Assembly (NCBI RefSeq): GCF_006345805.1
Contig: NC_042999.1
Coordinates: 74,276,001 to 74,340,000 of the forward strand
Length of the DNA stretch: 64,000 nucleotides
DNA from: Octopus sinensis
Lineage: Eukaryota
Direction: 5' to 3'
Every line of letters starts with the position of its first letter. The stretch's first letter is position 1. The notes below the pieces were generated by a model that did no database searches, was not told the DNA's origin, and was given only the letters and a program-made list of their open reading frames with translations. Below are positions 38,410 through 52,386 of the stretch, in pieces. Both the position numbers and the translations under genes were made by a program.

Positions 38410-38808
38410 TTTCAAATTTTGCCACAAGAGTAGCCATTTTGGGGGAGGGGTGTGTCCATTACATCAACCCCACTGTTCAACTGGTACTTAATTTATCAAC
38501 ACTGAAATGATGAACGGCACAGTTGACCTCAGCAAAATTTGAACTCAGAGTGTAGCAGCAGACAAAATACCTATTTCTTTACTACCCACAAGGGGCTAAA
38601 CACAGAGGGGACAAACAAGGACAGACAAATGGATTAAGTCGATTATATCGACCCCAGTGCATAACTGGTACATATTTAATTGACCCCAAAAGGATGAAAG
38701 GCAAAGTCGACCTCTGTGGAATTTGAACTCAGAATGTAGCGGCAGACAAAATACCACTAAGCATTTCACCCGGTGTGCTAAGGAACCTGCTAGCTTTCCA
38801 CCTTAGTG

Positions 38809-38855
<47 letters not shown>

Positions 38856-39240
38856 CCTTTCTACTATCGGCACAAGGCCTGAATTTGGGGGAGGGGGATA
38901 GTTGATTATATCGATCCCAGTACTCAAATGATACTTAATTTATCGACCCCGAAAGAATGAAATGCAAAGTCGACCTCAGCAGAATTTCAACTCAGAAAGT
39001 AACAGCAGATGACATACTGCTAAGCATTTTGCCCTGCATGCTGACAATTTTGACAATTCTTTGATAATTATAATAATAATAATAATAAGCTAATTTTGGT
39101 AGAAGACCAGTAGTTTGAAGAGAGAGATTAGCTAGATTGTATCAACCCCAGTACAGACTGGTCTTTTAATTTATCAAATCTGGAAGGATGAAAGGCAATA
39201 TTGACCTCAGTAGGTTTTCAGAAAGCAAAGAGCTCGAAAA
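38410..39240 (-). mobile_element. Cluster of four co-oriented SINEs (Meta-domain-like) separated by (AAT)n
   Basis: Repeated minus-strand GAGTTCAAATTCC B box and GGTCGACTTTGCCTTTCATCC...GGGGTCGATAAATTAAGTACCAG-type body. Confidence 0.75.
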
Positions 39241-41144
39241 AACACCCATGAGGTATTTTGTCTGACACATTCAAACTTTCATCTGTTATCTATATTCACT
39301 CAACAATATATTTTCTTTTTATTTAACCCCCTTGTCCTTCACTCTTCAATTCATCTTCCCTCCTTTCTCTTTTCTCATCTTCTCTACTCTTGCAGCAGCT
39401 TCCATCTACTACCTTCAATTTTAAACACTAACCTCTCATATTTTAACACTATCTTCTGTAGTTTTCTGCCTAAACTGTTAAATATTTCTTTCTCTCAAAT
39501 CAAATGTTAAACTACTCTGGATTTTGTTGCTTATTGCTTTAACTTTTGTCAACATAGGCCACTATTTCTCAAATTCTTCTCAATTCTGTCATGTTCAGCC
39601 CTCCCTATGAAAACTATTGACCACAATGATTGATGAATTTTTATTCTTGACAATACACCTATCGCAAAGTTTCTACTCTCCTAAAATAATTGGCTGCATA
39701 TCCTTTCTATCTAGGTCTGCCTGGTTTGTGTAACCCACACGTCTCTCTTCCTCCTAATATCTTCAATATATCTCACCCCCCTCACAAAACAATTTTTCTC
39801 TCCATTGCTTTTTATTCAGAGTATCATCCACTGAAATCGCCTCCTGTTCACCTTTCAGTTGGAGACATTTGACCTGAGAATGTTCAAACTGAACATGTTC
39901 TGCATCAAACCCACTAGTCCGGGAGGGCCTGCCAAGTTTGAGTTTTCAATTAAATATTCAAAGTCAGAAAGTACCTCAACTTTGAACAGTTTCTGATTCT
40001 CTACAAAGCATCTTTACATAGTTACTACCCAACTATGAAGCTGCTCAAGACATTTCCTGACTTCTAAAGCAACTTTTACAAGCCACTGACACCCAATAAA
40101 GCATCTTTGAACTGTTTCAGGTCCCCAAAAATAGAGCTTTAGTGAATTGCTGATCTTCTGCAAAGCAGCTTTGAGGAGTCAGTGACTCTCTACAAAGTAA
40201 TTTTGAGTAGATTCTGCCCTACAAAAAAGATTTGATTACTTTCAAAATCTACAAAGGAGTTTTCACTAGTTAATGACTCTTTGTAAAGCAGTGTTAAAGT
40301 GTTACTGACCTACTACAAAGATTTTACAACACTTTTTGGCTGTTTATGAACACAATTCTGATTGGTATTAGAGTACCACACACATAATTTGTACATCACA
40401 GTGGAAAACACACACACACACACACACATACACGCATACATACATATACTCACAAACATTTTGGATTGCATTAAAAAAGTTAACAAAATAATGTTTCCTC
40501 ATTGAGTGTTGAGCAAACATCAATGTAATGTTTCTGGTTAAAGCTGCTTTTCAGAACATTTCTGATATAATAGAAATAGTCCAAAGTGTTCTTTTTCAAG
40601 AAGTGATTTGCCTGACATATCATGCTGGTTGACTTATTGCATAGAATTTCCTTCATTTGAGTATTTGAAAGTTTTCCTCATTTGTGATTGAGATGATTAC
40701 ATTTAAATATCATGTTAATGCTTTCCTCTTTATTGCAACTATAAATTTGAAGTTACAGTGTGGAGAAAAATTCTACACAAGATATTTTTATTGACTGAGA
40801 TAACACTGAAGGCTAAATTTCAGTCTTGTTTTTCATTTGGTTAACCCTAAGAAACCAGGATGTTTGTAAACATGATCAATTTATCATTAGCCAAATTTGA
40901 CTTTAAAATCTTTATAAGTAAAAAAACAATATGTGATATATTTATTTAATGTTCTGTTAATTGTTTAGTAATACAGAAAGTAAGATTTGTTGAAATATCC
41001 CCTATTGCAGTTATGTCCCTAACTATATACGTTTGTAATTTTAATGTATTTTAGAATATAGAAATGGCAGAAATAGAAGAAATAGTGCTTTCCATCAATT
41101 TCTTTTGCTATTAAATCTTTTCTTTTTATTTATTTATATTAAAG

Positions 41145-41239
41145 GAATCATGAAATCATATTTGAAGCTATCCAAGGAAATGGTTTTGACAGTGATATTG
41201 CCCTTGATGATGTCACCTTATCAGAAAATAGCTGTTCAA
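41145..41239 (+). CDS. MAM-domain protein exon (MAM1 C-terminal part)
   Basis: ttaaag|G...A|gtaagg; NHEIIFEAIQGNGFDSDIALDDVTLSENSCS; phase 2-1. Confidence 0.92.
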
Positions 41240-42651
41240 GTAAGGGCAAAATATACCATAACATATTATAACATATCAGCAATTAGCTTTAGTAATTATG
41301 TTTAGGTGAGCATGTATGCTTACATGCATATCTGCTGCCTGTGTGTGAAAGAGAGGGAAGGAGTGTGTGTGTAAAATGTGTGTGTGTGTGTGTACATGTA
41401 CACAAGTTTACTCCATTCCAATTAGATTTATATTTTTGATGTCAACATTCACCTTACTCAGTAACAGTATAAGAAGAATAATGAAATGAAATGAAAGCTT
41501 GAACAATGTTCTCATCAACTTCCTCTCTCTATGTTTTCAAATATAAAATTTCATAGATTATTTTACTGGCATATATTGTATCCTACACACTGGTTTGTAA
41601 GTGTTTGGAAATTATGGCTTGTTTCAAGATATCTTTCCTGAGATTGCTGGATCGATGCCAGACATACGTACACCATACAGTATTCTATACAAGCCAATGA
41701 GAGAGCCACTATGTGGTCACTGGACTAACTACAAACAGCAACCAAATCTCTTTCAAATCACATTCTCCTGTCTAGAGAAAAAATGGTCATACTGGATAAT
41801 GTGGTTCTATGTATTCCTAATAATATGAGATAGTCATAGTTGGAATGTTTTTGGTTATAGATCTGCTTGATTCAGGCTGGCTTGGGGACTAAACAACAAC
41901 AGCACCATAGAGTAAGATGCATATATGAAATGTTGCATGCACTACACATCTGCATGTTCTGTACCAAAGCTTGAAACTGGGAAATTTAGTGTTGTCAATG
42001 CAAGAACAGAAATCATTTACTTAAATAAACAAATAAACAATATGTATTACAATTGAATATACTAAACATTCAGTAATTTGCTCTGATTATTGTTGCATGA
42101 ATCAGAGTTATATTACCTCTTCACTAGTAATTAGTTCTTGTCTTGATATATGCATATGAGAAATAACATGTGTGAATAACACAAGACAAAAATATTTTGC
42201 TCACTGTTTTGCTTTGGTTAAAGGTGTATTTGTGGTCCTCTGAAAATATGCAGTGATAACTCCAGTACGAAATGAACAAAGTGTTTGATAGACTCAAACA
42301 ACTTTGAAATTCTAGATTTGTATTATATCATTTAGAGATAAACTCAAAGTGGTTCCCAGTACTTTGAGGCAACACTCAAACCTCAACCATTAACTCTATA
42401 CAAAACAAATAAAAACAACCAGCAGTGAACTGTAAATTCATTTAAACACCCACTATACCCAGTATCATTTAAGTATCTCTGGTAACTGGATGAATTAACC
42501 AATCTCACAATCCTTTGGCTATATTTGTTCAAGAAAGGAACTTTTTGGTAAAATATTGTGAAAAAATGTGCTTTAGAAAATGAGTTGTTGATTTGTTGAA
42601 CACTTACTTGGAAATAATTAAATTCTTTAATCAATTATTTTGTATTAACAG

Positions 42652-42777
42652 ATCACTGGAATGCAAGTTGTGATTTTGATAGTGGCACTTGTGGTTATGA
42701 TATTGAAAACATGAATGATATACGCAGAGGTTGGAGACTTAGCCCAAATAATACAAATGGAATTTCTTCTCGTTCTG
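42652..42777 (+). CDS. MAM-domain protein exon (MAM2 N-terminal part)
   Basis: taacag|...G|gtaatt; HWNASCDFDSGTCGYDIE...GW; 126 nt, phase 1-1. Confidence 0.88.
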
Positions 42778-44254
42778 GTAATTGTTTTTGTTTATTTTAT
42801 TATTGTTTCAAGTAAAATGATTTAAAATATTGACATTTCAAATAATATTAAAGGTAAAAAGGCATTTTATTTCTGTAACTACAAGTAACTTTTGGCTTCA
42901 CCTAGCAGTGCAACATTGTAAGTATATAAGTTGTAAGTATTACAAGCACAGCACATATGTATGCCTCAGTCAAAACCCATCAGTTCATTGAGTGGGCCAT
43001 ATTTGTTATATGTGTAACAGGTATCTGCTGAAAATAAGCATTATAATGAAATGACACTCATACCTGACAAGTATAATCACATGAGAGCTTCTTTACAAAT
43101 GCCATATTTGTTCCACCTATCTGCAACCAGAGTTCAAATGCTAAGAAGGTCAATTTTATCTTTCATTCATTTGCAATCAATTATGTTCCAATTCAGTTCT
43201 GAGGTCAGATCCTCTCTCTCTTTCTCTTTCTCTCCCTCACTCTCTTTCTCTCTACTTATCACAGGTTTGTATCTGTTATTGAAAGATGTTGTCTTGTCAC
43301 ATCTCTCACTCTGGTTCAGCCTGAAAATTGTATTAAGGATAGACATGTTAGTGGAATACTCAACTGGTTACACATTTATACATTCAGCTCAATTGTCAAG
43401 AAGTCACCATTTTCTATAAGCAATAACTCCATAACTTCAGCATTAAACAAGATATATGGGGAAACTGTAATTTTAGAAAACAATAATTTGATACTGAAAA
43501 TGAAGATCACTAGAAGTTTTATATCAAATATATTACAACACATACACTTCAGTGTGATATTAAAACAATCCATCTACATCAGTTAGCTAAAGTCCTTAAT
43601 AATTTTCTTTAAATATGTTGCAAGCAACTGCTATAGACTTGATCACTGTGGTAAATAAAACTGAAGCATAACAGTCCATCTTCTTTAAAAGACTTGAAAT
43701 TAATTTTTCTAATCATAAATCTGCAATAGAATTTTCTTCAATATTTGTAATGACTAATCTCCCTATAAACTGCAGTGAATAATTTGTACTGCTACTAAAT
43801 ATTTTGGATGTGATAAAACTTTTTCATGTTCTTATGGATAGAATTTGTACTTTCATTTCTCCCCATTTGTTGCCAATGTGAGCAGCACTTTCATGGACAT
43901 CTATAGTTGCTCCCATGGAACAGATATCACAAGCCAACAATGTTAGATGTTCTCATACTGTGAATTATCTAGAGTCATCAAAATCGATACTATACTACTG
44001 CTGGAGTTGAGTATTATGTGTGGGTCACAGCACTTTGTATTCACCCTGAGAGCTGGCTTTGACTAACAAGATTAGAAAAGACTAGCAGCTACTCTATTTC
44101 TATGATAATTAAAACTCATAGAGAGAAGAAACCTATTTTGCATTTATTTTATCCCCACCTCCAATTTGATTAACCCTATCTGAAATGTAATTTTAATTTA
44201 TATCCTCATTTTATTCTATCACAACCAACACATATCTTCACCTTCTGATGTTAT

Positions 44255-46737
44255 TGTAGGGAATTAGAAATAAGGGTACACCCCTTTCATGTGACAGTCA
44301 CTATAAATAGGAGAATTCATAGTAAGCAGTCAGAGACAGTCATGTCTTTACTGGTCTTACTAAGTATACTGTATACTGAAGCGGGCATTATAATAATACA
44401 ACATTTAAAGGATTATAACAGTGATGACGAAAATTTAAACAACTCATGAGGAATTAATAAATTCACGTAGAGTTAATAGAAACTCAAAGAGGAGTTAATA
44501 AACTCACAAAGTCTTGTGTGAAACTTACGAAAACATTCATAAAATTATGGAACATTTTTTGGCCGGTTTGTTCGAGTTGCATATACAGCAACAACTGCAA
44601 GAACAACAGCTTAAGTAACAACACCAACAACAACAGCAGCAGAAACAACTGCAAGAGCAACAACAAATAATATTACAGCAACAAATGCTGCAATTACTGA
44701 AGATGCCAGGAAAGTCAGAAAAAGTGTTCTCAACACTGCAAACTCCATAACAGAGTTCAAATACAAGCCTGATGAAGAAGTTACCTTTGAAGCATGACAG
44801 GAGACATGAACAAATCTTCAAGAAAGATTGTAAAGATTAGGATGACGAGATGAAAATGCACTCGATCTTGAGAAAACTGGCAGCAATAGAACATGAACCC
44901 TACAGTAATTATGTACTCACAAGTAAACCTTCAGACATAAACTTTAATGATACAATTGTGCAAAATTTTCAGTGAAAATGGCTCATTGTTCAACATACGT
45001 TGGAAGTGTCTGAACATAGAGAAAAACAATGATGAGGACTATATCACATATGCTGGTAGAGTAAACAGGGAATGTGAGAAGTTTAAGCTGGATAAATTAA
45101 TGCTAAATATATTCAAATTCCTGATTTTTACACAAGGACATACTGCTGAAAAGCACACAGAAATTAGAACTAGAATTCTCGCAAAGCTAGAACAAAAGCA
45201 AGATGTAACCCTACAGCAAGTGTCAGAAGAATGCAGTAAAAGATAATTTTATAAAGGAAACAAAAAGAACACTGTGGTCAACAAAAGAAAATCGAAACAG
45301 GTTTGGTGTGAAACAAAACCAATACGTGAACCTATACTCAATGTTTCATGGTGTACTGATGTATGCACAGAGAGTAGTGTGTACTGATATATGCACAGAG
45401 AGATAGTGTACTGGTGTATGCACAGAGAATATGCACAGAGGGTAGTGACACCGGAAACACTACAAAAGAAAATATTGAGAGGATTTCCTGTTAGACATCC
45501 TGGTATTTCAAGGATGAAAGCTTTAATGCGCAGTTAATGGCTAAAAATGGACAGAGAAATCAGAAATTTGGTGAAAGGTCGTAGAGGATGTGCTCTAGCA
45601 GCAAAATTACTGATGATAAAAAGTAAACCCTGGCCAAAAGTAAATATTCCGTAGTCGAGACTACACATCGATTTTGCTGGTCCTTTAAGTGGTTTTTACT
45701 ACTTAGTGGTGGTTAATAGTTTCTTGAAATGGCCTGAAATTTGTAAGTGCAAACAACCAACCTCCTTGACTGAGATAAAATTGTTTGCAAGATTTGACAT
45801 CCCAGACAAGATAGTGTCTGTCAATGGAACGCAATTTGTGTAGCGAACTTTTGAAATTTTGTGAAACGTTTGCAGTAGAACATATGACTACGGTGCCATA
45901 CCATCCCACAATACTTTGTCACTACCTTCAAAAGAGCCCTTAGAAAATCGAATAAAAAAGTCATGGATGAGGTAGCTCTAGAACAATTTTTAGGAGTGTA
46001 CCGTGTGACACCAAACCTGAATACACCAGCAGGTAGCTCACCAGCAAAGCTGATGTTTGCAAGGAAAGTAAAAATCAGTCTTTGATAAATTGCTATCTGC
46101 AAAAAAAGAAAAGGTGCCAAGGAAGACAGCACGATTCTTTAAAGTTGGTGAAAAGGTGTATATGAGGGCATGCAAGAACAGAAAACAGAGTTGAGAATAT
46201 GGCATAATTACCAAATGCATAGGTAAAATGACGTATTGGGTAAAAAGTAGGAAAGACATACATAAGTGACACAGGAACCAACTGAGAAAGAGATTCATGG
46301 AAAGCAAACCAAAGAAGTTGGAAGAACCAATGGAATGGTTGTACGATACATTCCAAATACCAACGCCACTACAGGTTATTGGACCCAGGCATACAAGTGA
46401 GAGGAAAAGAAAACATATGGACTTCCCGAAAATAAATGTCAAGTGCAAAAAATATTAAATTGTACAAAAAAAACTCAAAAAAGGGAGGTGAGGTGAATAA
46501 AAATATTATTGATAAATAAAATGACACTTCCTAAGAAAAATGTAAAAGGGGAGCTGATGTAGAGAATTAACAATAATGGTACAATCCTCCCACGTGATGA
46601 GCAGTATGAGTTAGTCACTATTAAGAGGAGAGTGCATAGTAGGCGGTCAGAGATAGTCATATCTTTACTGCTTTTACTAAGTATTCTGTATACTGAAGTG
46701 AATGTTATAACAATCCAACATGTTAAGGATTATAACA
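44255..46737 (+). mobile_element. Degraded, internally deleted Ty3/Gypsy LTR retrotransposon
   Basis: LTRs TG...CA at 44255-44420 and 46558-46737; PBS-like GTGATGACGA; PPT AAAAGGGGAG; gag remnant; integrase LHIDFAGPL...RVTPNLNTPAGSSPAKLMF; no protease/RT in between. Confidence 0.85.
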
Positions 46738-47229
46738 GATGTTAATTCACTAAACTTTAGTCTCATTCCAACCAGCTTTTTTAAGTTCAGTAATCTGAAG
46801 ACTTAGAAAAATGCCTGTAAAACTTCCTTTCTGTCTTCTTCTAGTCCCATTGCCAGGAACACAATACTACGTGTAAATACACCTCTTGTCATTCCAAATC
46901 AATAAAATCACTGCCCTGCCAATGTACCTTTCATCACTTTCAAACAGTTCACCCTAAATTCATCTTCTAATCTTCCTAAAAGTTTTCAGTCTTTCTCTCT
47001 CTCTAAATAGGAATTTGTCTTCATCTTTGAAAACATACTACAGTGACTCTCATGTCCAAGAGATATAATCTTTCTGATCTTGTGAAGTATTGACTTATTA
47101 CTCTAACTTCCAACATCTCAAGAATTTGAACACAGTTGCTTATAACTAGCTTCTCCAACATCAGTACAGCTTCCATAATTCTATTGTTAACTGTCTCTTT
47201 GATGTCATTTACCAGTAGCCATTTCACTC

Positions 47230-47900
47230 TTGGAAAATTTCATGAAAACAATGTCATAACACTTGACATCAACAAGACATTTGAGTGTCTGGTATGGAAA
47301 TCTTGATAAAATCCCATATTGGGCTCTAGTCTCTTGGATTAAAAGATTCTTATCAGTTGTATGTAGTATGCACAGGCAAAACTCTTGTTCAGCTACACTC
47401 CATGAGTTCTAGTATATTCAGCTCAGTTGTGTCACTGATATTTTCCCTCTTGTACATTAACAGCCTACTTACTTGCCACTTCCAACAAATGACACCTCCA
47501 AACTTCCATACGCAAACATCATCTTCATACAATCTAGACATTTCATGTCAAACCTATATTGCCCATAGAACTGACTTTGGAAATATTCTCCTGGCAGCCT
47601 CAAGAATCTTATTTCCTTCAACAACACAAGATTGTTGTGGACAAGCCACAACATTATTCTTCCTCCATTACTTCTCTGGTATAAGACACTTTTTTTTTAA
47701 CTATTCAGCTTCCTACAAATCACAGATCATCCCTACTACTAACACATCACAAACACAGTTGAAACAATGTCCCAAAGACTAGCCATTCTCTTTAGAAACA
47801 AAAACATTACTCAGTCCTAATCATCTCTACAAAGCTCAAATAGGACCCACAATGTTAAATGTCTCTACTGCTATTACATACAACCATTCAATCAATGACA
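47230..47900 (+). mobile_element. Highly decayed CR1/Jockey-like RT remnant
   Basis: TLDINKTFECVWY-like sequence at ~47260 resembles LDISKAFDRVWH; the rest is eroded. Confidence 0.4.
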
Positions 47901-49264
47901 TTCAGTTAAAAGATGCAGTTTTTTCACTCTAGCTCTTCTGCCACTACTACAAAAGTCTCTGCTCTTCAAAACTAGCATGTTACTTATAAACTCTACTAAT
48001 GTTCACTCATATCATTCCTTCTCTCAACACTCAGTAATGAGAGAACAGATGAATGTATATTACTTCTCTGACTGCACTGACCCCTTTGTCCAATTCTGTT
48101 TCCCTACCAAAATTATATGATACATTCATATATTATTATGTCTTCATACATTGTTATTTTTACATTTATCCTAAAATAAAATTTATGTTAGTTTTAAACT
48201 ACTAAAATAAGTATAAAGAATCCTTTAGCTAAAGTGTTTTTTTCTTTTGAGGCCTATACGAGGTTATCTTTAACGAAATGATAAAAAAAATTCATAATTA
48301 AAAGTGTTTAAGCTGCAGGATCTCTGCACTATAGTGTGTTTGAATACCATTGCAATCATCATGTTATATTCTTGTACTGAATAGTATATTGTTTTTCTGA
48401 AAGGAAGATATTGCACTGCAGTCAGAAATGAGGACTAACTCAGTATCCACCCTAATTATCCAGACAAAAAGTCAAATAAATAAATATATATATATATAAA
48501 TAATTAGTTTAAATAAATAAATTGTAAATGGTATTATTTGATGATATTTCTCTTATATTTATATTATATCTGCATTATTAAGAAACAACGTTCTCCTTTT
48601 TGCACCATTAGATCGACAAATGACCTCTGATGATTTCTTTAACAAGTGCTCACCAATATAAACAGTTTTGGACAATTGTCATCAATTGTTTCACATTATC
48701 AGCACAATACTGCCATAGGCTCCCATGCTAATACTTACTAAAAGCATTATGAAGCAGGCAAATATATCCAAAGTATGCTCTTATCTGCTTATGTATAGTG
48801 TTTAACAAGCTGAAAAAATTGCCTTTTTGGTCCAGGAAATATGCTTCAGTCTTGTGGGTTTCCACAACATATGGCATTATTACTCCAACTTGAAGAGGTC
48901 TACTTTTCACCATTGCTCAGCATTTAACAAACATGTCTCATGGTACTACACAGCCACTAACAAGAACAATGACTTTACTACAAGTATCACCAACTACATG
49001 AAACAGACCAAGAGTTAATACTGACAATCATTCAACGTCCAGGGTTCTTGTTCCCAAATTAGCACCCTACTCTATTTGATGATGACAGAGATTGCCATCC
49101 ACATGAACTTGCTTTATTATAGATATTTTTCTAACTTATTACAGGAAATCATTTTTGTCCATTTATATATTACTTGATTTAGAACTTATTTTTATCATAA
49201 CAAATAACTTGCATTAGCCTCAAATATTAATGAAATAATCAAAACTTTTTTGTCTGTTTTACAG

Positions 49265-49615
49265 ATAACTACCTGCTATTTACTTCTCGTTACACCTACA
49301 CAACGATGATGCACTCTATAAAATCATCTGTAATTGATATTCCAAATGGAAAGTTCAAACTTGAATTTCTCTATTACATGCCTGATATGAAAATTAAGAC
49401 ACTACAAGCAAGATTTGTGAAAGATGAACTTAAACCATGGTTTTCTAAAACACCATATTTCTGGCAAGATTCTGGAGACCATGGACCTGAGTGGCAATAT
49501 GGTTGTATGGATTTACCAAGTACACGTGGAAGAATCGTATTCACTGGTATTGCTGAAAATAGTTATTCAACCTTGGGTCTTGATGATTTAGTTGTTGATA
49601 AAGGCTACTGTCGAA
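49265..49615 (+). CDS. MAM-domain protein exon (MAM2 remainder)
   Basis: ttacag|AT...A|gtaagt; DNYLLF...LEFLYYM...GDHGPEW...IVFTG...LGLDDLVVDKGYCR; 351 nt, phase 1-1. Confidence 0.9.
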
Positions 49616-50029
49616 GTAAGTAGAATTGTTTTACCCTCTTTGCAAGTGTTGAATGGGTTTTTTGGCTTTGCTTTCTTTAAGTGTTTTAATTCCATTTCAT
49701 CTCTTTTATGAGAAACTTTATTTCTTATATTTTAATTAAATTAGATTACTTTTAGTTTTGTTTTCTAAACAACATCTGCTTTCACAGTTGGAAAGTCTTT
49801 GATTACAAATTCAGTCAAACAGACCTGATCTAGGATTGAATAACAACACCTATCACTATACAAAGATGTTCTATTATCTATACTCATTATTATCAATACC
49901 AGTGTTTCTCAAAGTGAGGCACATGCCCCAATAGTGGGATATGGCAATATTTTGATCGAATGGGTGTGGGTTACTACTTTAGAATAAGTAACAAGTGAAT
50001 AAAACTTGTAATAAATACTTGTCGCATAA

Positions 50030-50308
50030 CTAGCACCTGTGCCAGTGGAACATAAAAAGGTCCTTTTGAGCATTGGGCTTCATGGAGGCAATGACAAATG
50101 ACTGAGACCTTCAGCAATATGCCATGCTTTAGTAGAGTACCCCTCAAGCTAAGTGAAATCCTAATCATGGCAGATACTAGTGCATCCAGCCATAGAAACC
50201 ATGCCAAATAAGACTGGAGTCTGGTACAGCCCCTTAGCTTGCCAGCCCTGGTCAAACCATTCAACCCATGTCAGTATGAACAATGGATATTAATGAGGAT
50301 GACGACGA

Positions 50309-50310
<2 letters not shown>
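50030..50310 (+). mobile_element. Decayed (GAT)n-tailed SINE
   Basis: Similar to 33895-34130; ends in a GATGACGACGATG tail. Confidence 0.6.
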
Positions 50311-50339
<29 letters not shown>

Positions 50340-50347
<8 letters not shown>

Positions 50348-50800
50348 CGACAAACGGGACACCGCTTGGCTGATCAGTTTGCGGAACACCTCCAAGACAT
50401 CTGCCTCGGCAATGACACCCCAGTCTCATGCCATTTCCACTCTACCAGTCACTCTTTGTGACACCTGTCCGTGTTCAGGTTGTCCTTGCACAGAGGCCAT
50501 CTGGACTCCCGTTTGCACATTGAACAGGGATTAATCTTCTCTCTTCGCTCCTTTGTGCCATATAGGCTCAACTCTCCACCCCTCTTCATCTAAACTCCTT
50601 CCCTTGCCTCTTTTCCCCTTCCTCCTACTTCCTCCCACCCACCTCTCCTCTCTTGCTCTGACTCCTACTTCTCTTCACTACTACTTCTCTTCACTACTAC
50701 TTCTCTTCACTCCTACTTCTCTTCACCCCTACTCTCTTTCTCTCTTCTCTCTTACTCTCTTTCTCTTTTCTCTCATACCCACCTTCCCTTTTCCCCTTCA
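50340..50800 (+). mobile_element. PLE GIY-YIG 3' fragment (family of 54030)
   Basis: GACAAACGGGACACCGCTTGGCTGA... matches 54474-54700. Confidence 0.75.
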
Positions 50801-50809
50801 TCAGCAACC

Positions 50810-52319
50810 CTTCAAAGATGCCCTCTTTGAACTGAGCAGAACTCAGAGCTGGGAACAAAGTGCACAAGTGTAGGAAGGTAGCACCATTTTTGTCCATGGC
50901 CTTCACAAAATTCTTCATTAAACCAAGCTTGATATGATGAGGAGGAATAAGCATCTTGTTCATGTCCACCAGAGGATTTTCTTGCACACTGTGTTCACCA
51001 AGCACGAAAGTGCTCCTAGATCTCCAATCCTTCTGCTTGTAGTGCTTGGACAGAGCCTGACTTTCCCAGAGACAGCAAAAGCAACAGTACTTTGTGAAGC
51101 CTGCTTGCATACCCATAAGGATCCCAATAACCTTGAGGACTCCACAGAGACTCCACTGGTATTGGTTGTACTTGACAGCTTCCAGAAGGAGTTCCATATT
51201 GTCATATGATTCCTTTGGATGGACTGAGTAGGCAATGGGAATGCTAGAGTATTTATTCCCATTGTGCAGGAGCACAGCCTTCAGACTTCACTTGGAAGAG
51301 TCTATGAAAAGACACCAGTCTGAGGGATGATTGTGTGGGAAACCAAGGAAAGTGAACAAGCCAGTAACATTTGTGCAGTAGCACAACCTGTTTTTCATAT
51401 CAAAGAATGAAGCAAAATCCTGCTTTTGTGTCCTGAAACTGCTGATCCTTACATCTGCATTGAGCAGGTTCCACTACTTTAGCCAAGATGCTATAAGCTC
51501 TGACTGCCGCTTTAATAGATACAAATCACAGGTAAGGTCATTCAGGTCTTCCTGCATGCTCCAGTGGGGCTCATTGCCACTTGTTCCTGAATAAACAAAG
51601 ACATTGTCTTCAGAAGAGATCAACTTGGCATGCTCTTCCCCTGAAAGCATTTCTTCATCTGATGAAGGAAGAAGATCCTTATTTGCTGAGTGTAGGGACA
51701 AGGAGATCATCTAAGTGGGAAACAGTCTCATAGCTGAAGGAAGGTTGGGATATTTGATATCTTTTCTAGAAGAAGCAATGAAATCTTTTATATTTGTTAG
51801 AAAAAAAAATAACGATCATCAGCATGGCTTCATGGCTCTCTCCAGACCATTGGGACAGCAAAGTTGAAGGCTGCTTTCTTGCCGTTAAATCATGCAGTTA
51901 GTCCATTGTAGCAGGATTTACAACAGATGTGTGGGGCCCAGGATTTGTTCTGATCTCCAATTTTACAGTCAAAATAACGAAAGTAACCAGTTCTCAGGAG
52001 GGAAGTAATTGTTCGGTGCCGTGCAACTGTCATGAAATCCCCACACACAGCAGAATGAATTGGCCTTGTTGATGCATTTTTGGTGTTTTGAAGTGCCTGA
52101 AGCCATTGTAGAGATATGTATCACAAAAATCTGGAAAACAAAATTAAAATTGATCATATATATATATGGTTGCATGAATTGTCACAAAATTGTAATAATG
52201 TATATCTCAAAAACTAGAGGTGATGAGGGAAAACTGGTTTTGTATCTGAAATCAGCACCCCCAAAATTAGGCTAGAACAACTATTTTTGTGTTAGCCTCA
52301 ATTTCTCTGTAAACCAGTG
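50810..52319 (-). mobile_element. Degraded DNA transposon, probably Chapaev3/CMC-like
   Basis: Terminus CACTGGTTTAC; KCINKANSFC, FAVPMVWREP..H, LLHNGNKYSSIP, TKYCCFCCLW, PPHHIKLGLMKNFVKA; superfamily assignment is from memory and needs a database check. Confidence 0.6.
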
Positions 52320-52386
52320 TAATCCTAATTTTTAAATTTGTAAACCTTCTACCAGTGTAAAAAATCGGTATTGTTTTATATTTTAG

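Noticed and set aside
44484-44821. Poly-Leu and poly-Cys ORFs
   Set aside because: Antisense frames of the CAA/CAG-rich start of the Gypsy gag remnant.
44245-46745. Target-site duplication of the Gypsy element
   Set aside because: GATGTTA occurs on both sides but not as a clean 4-6-bp duplication abutting both LTRs.
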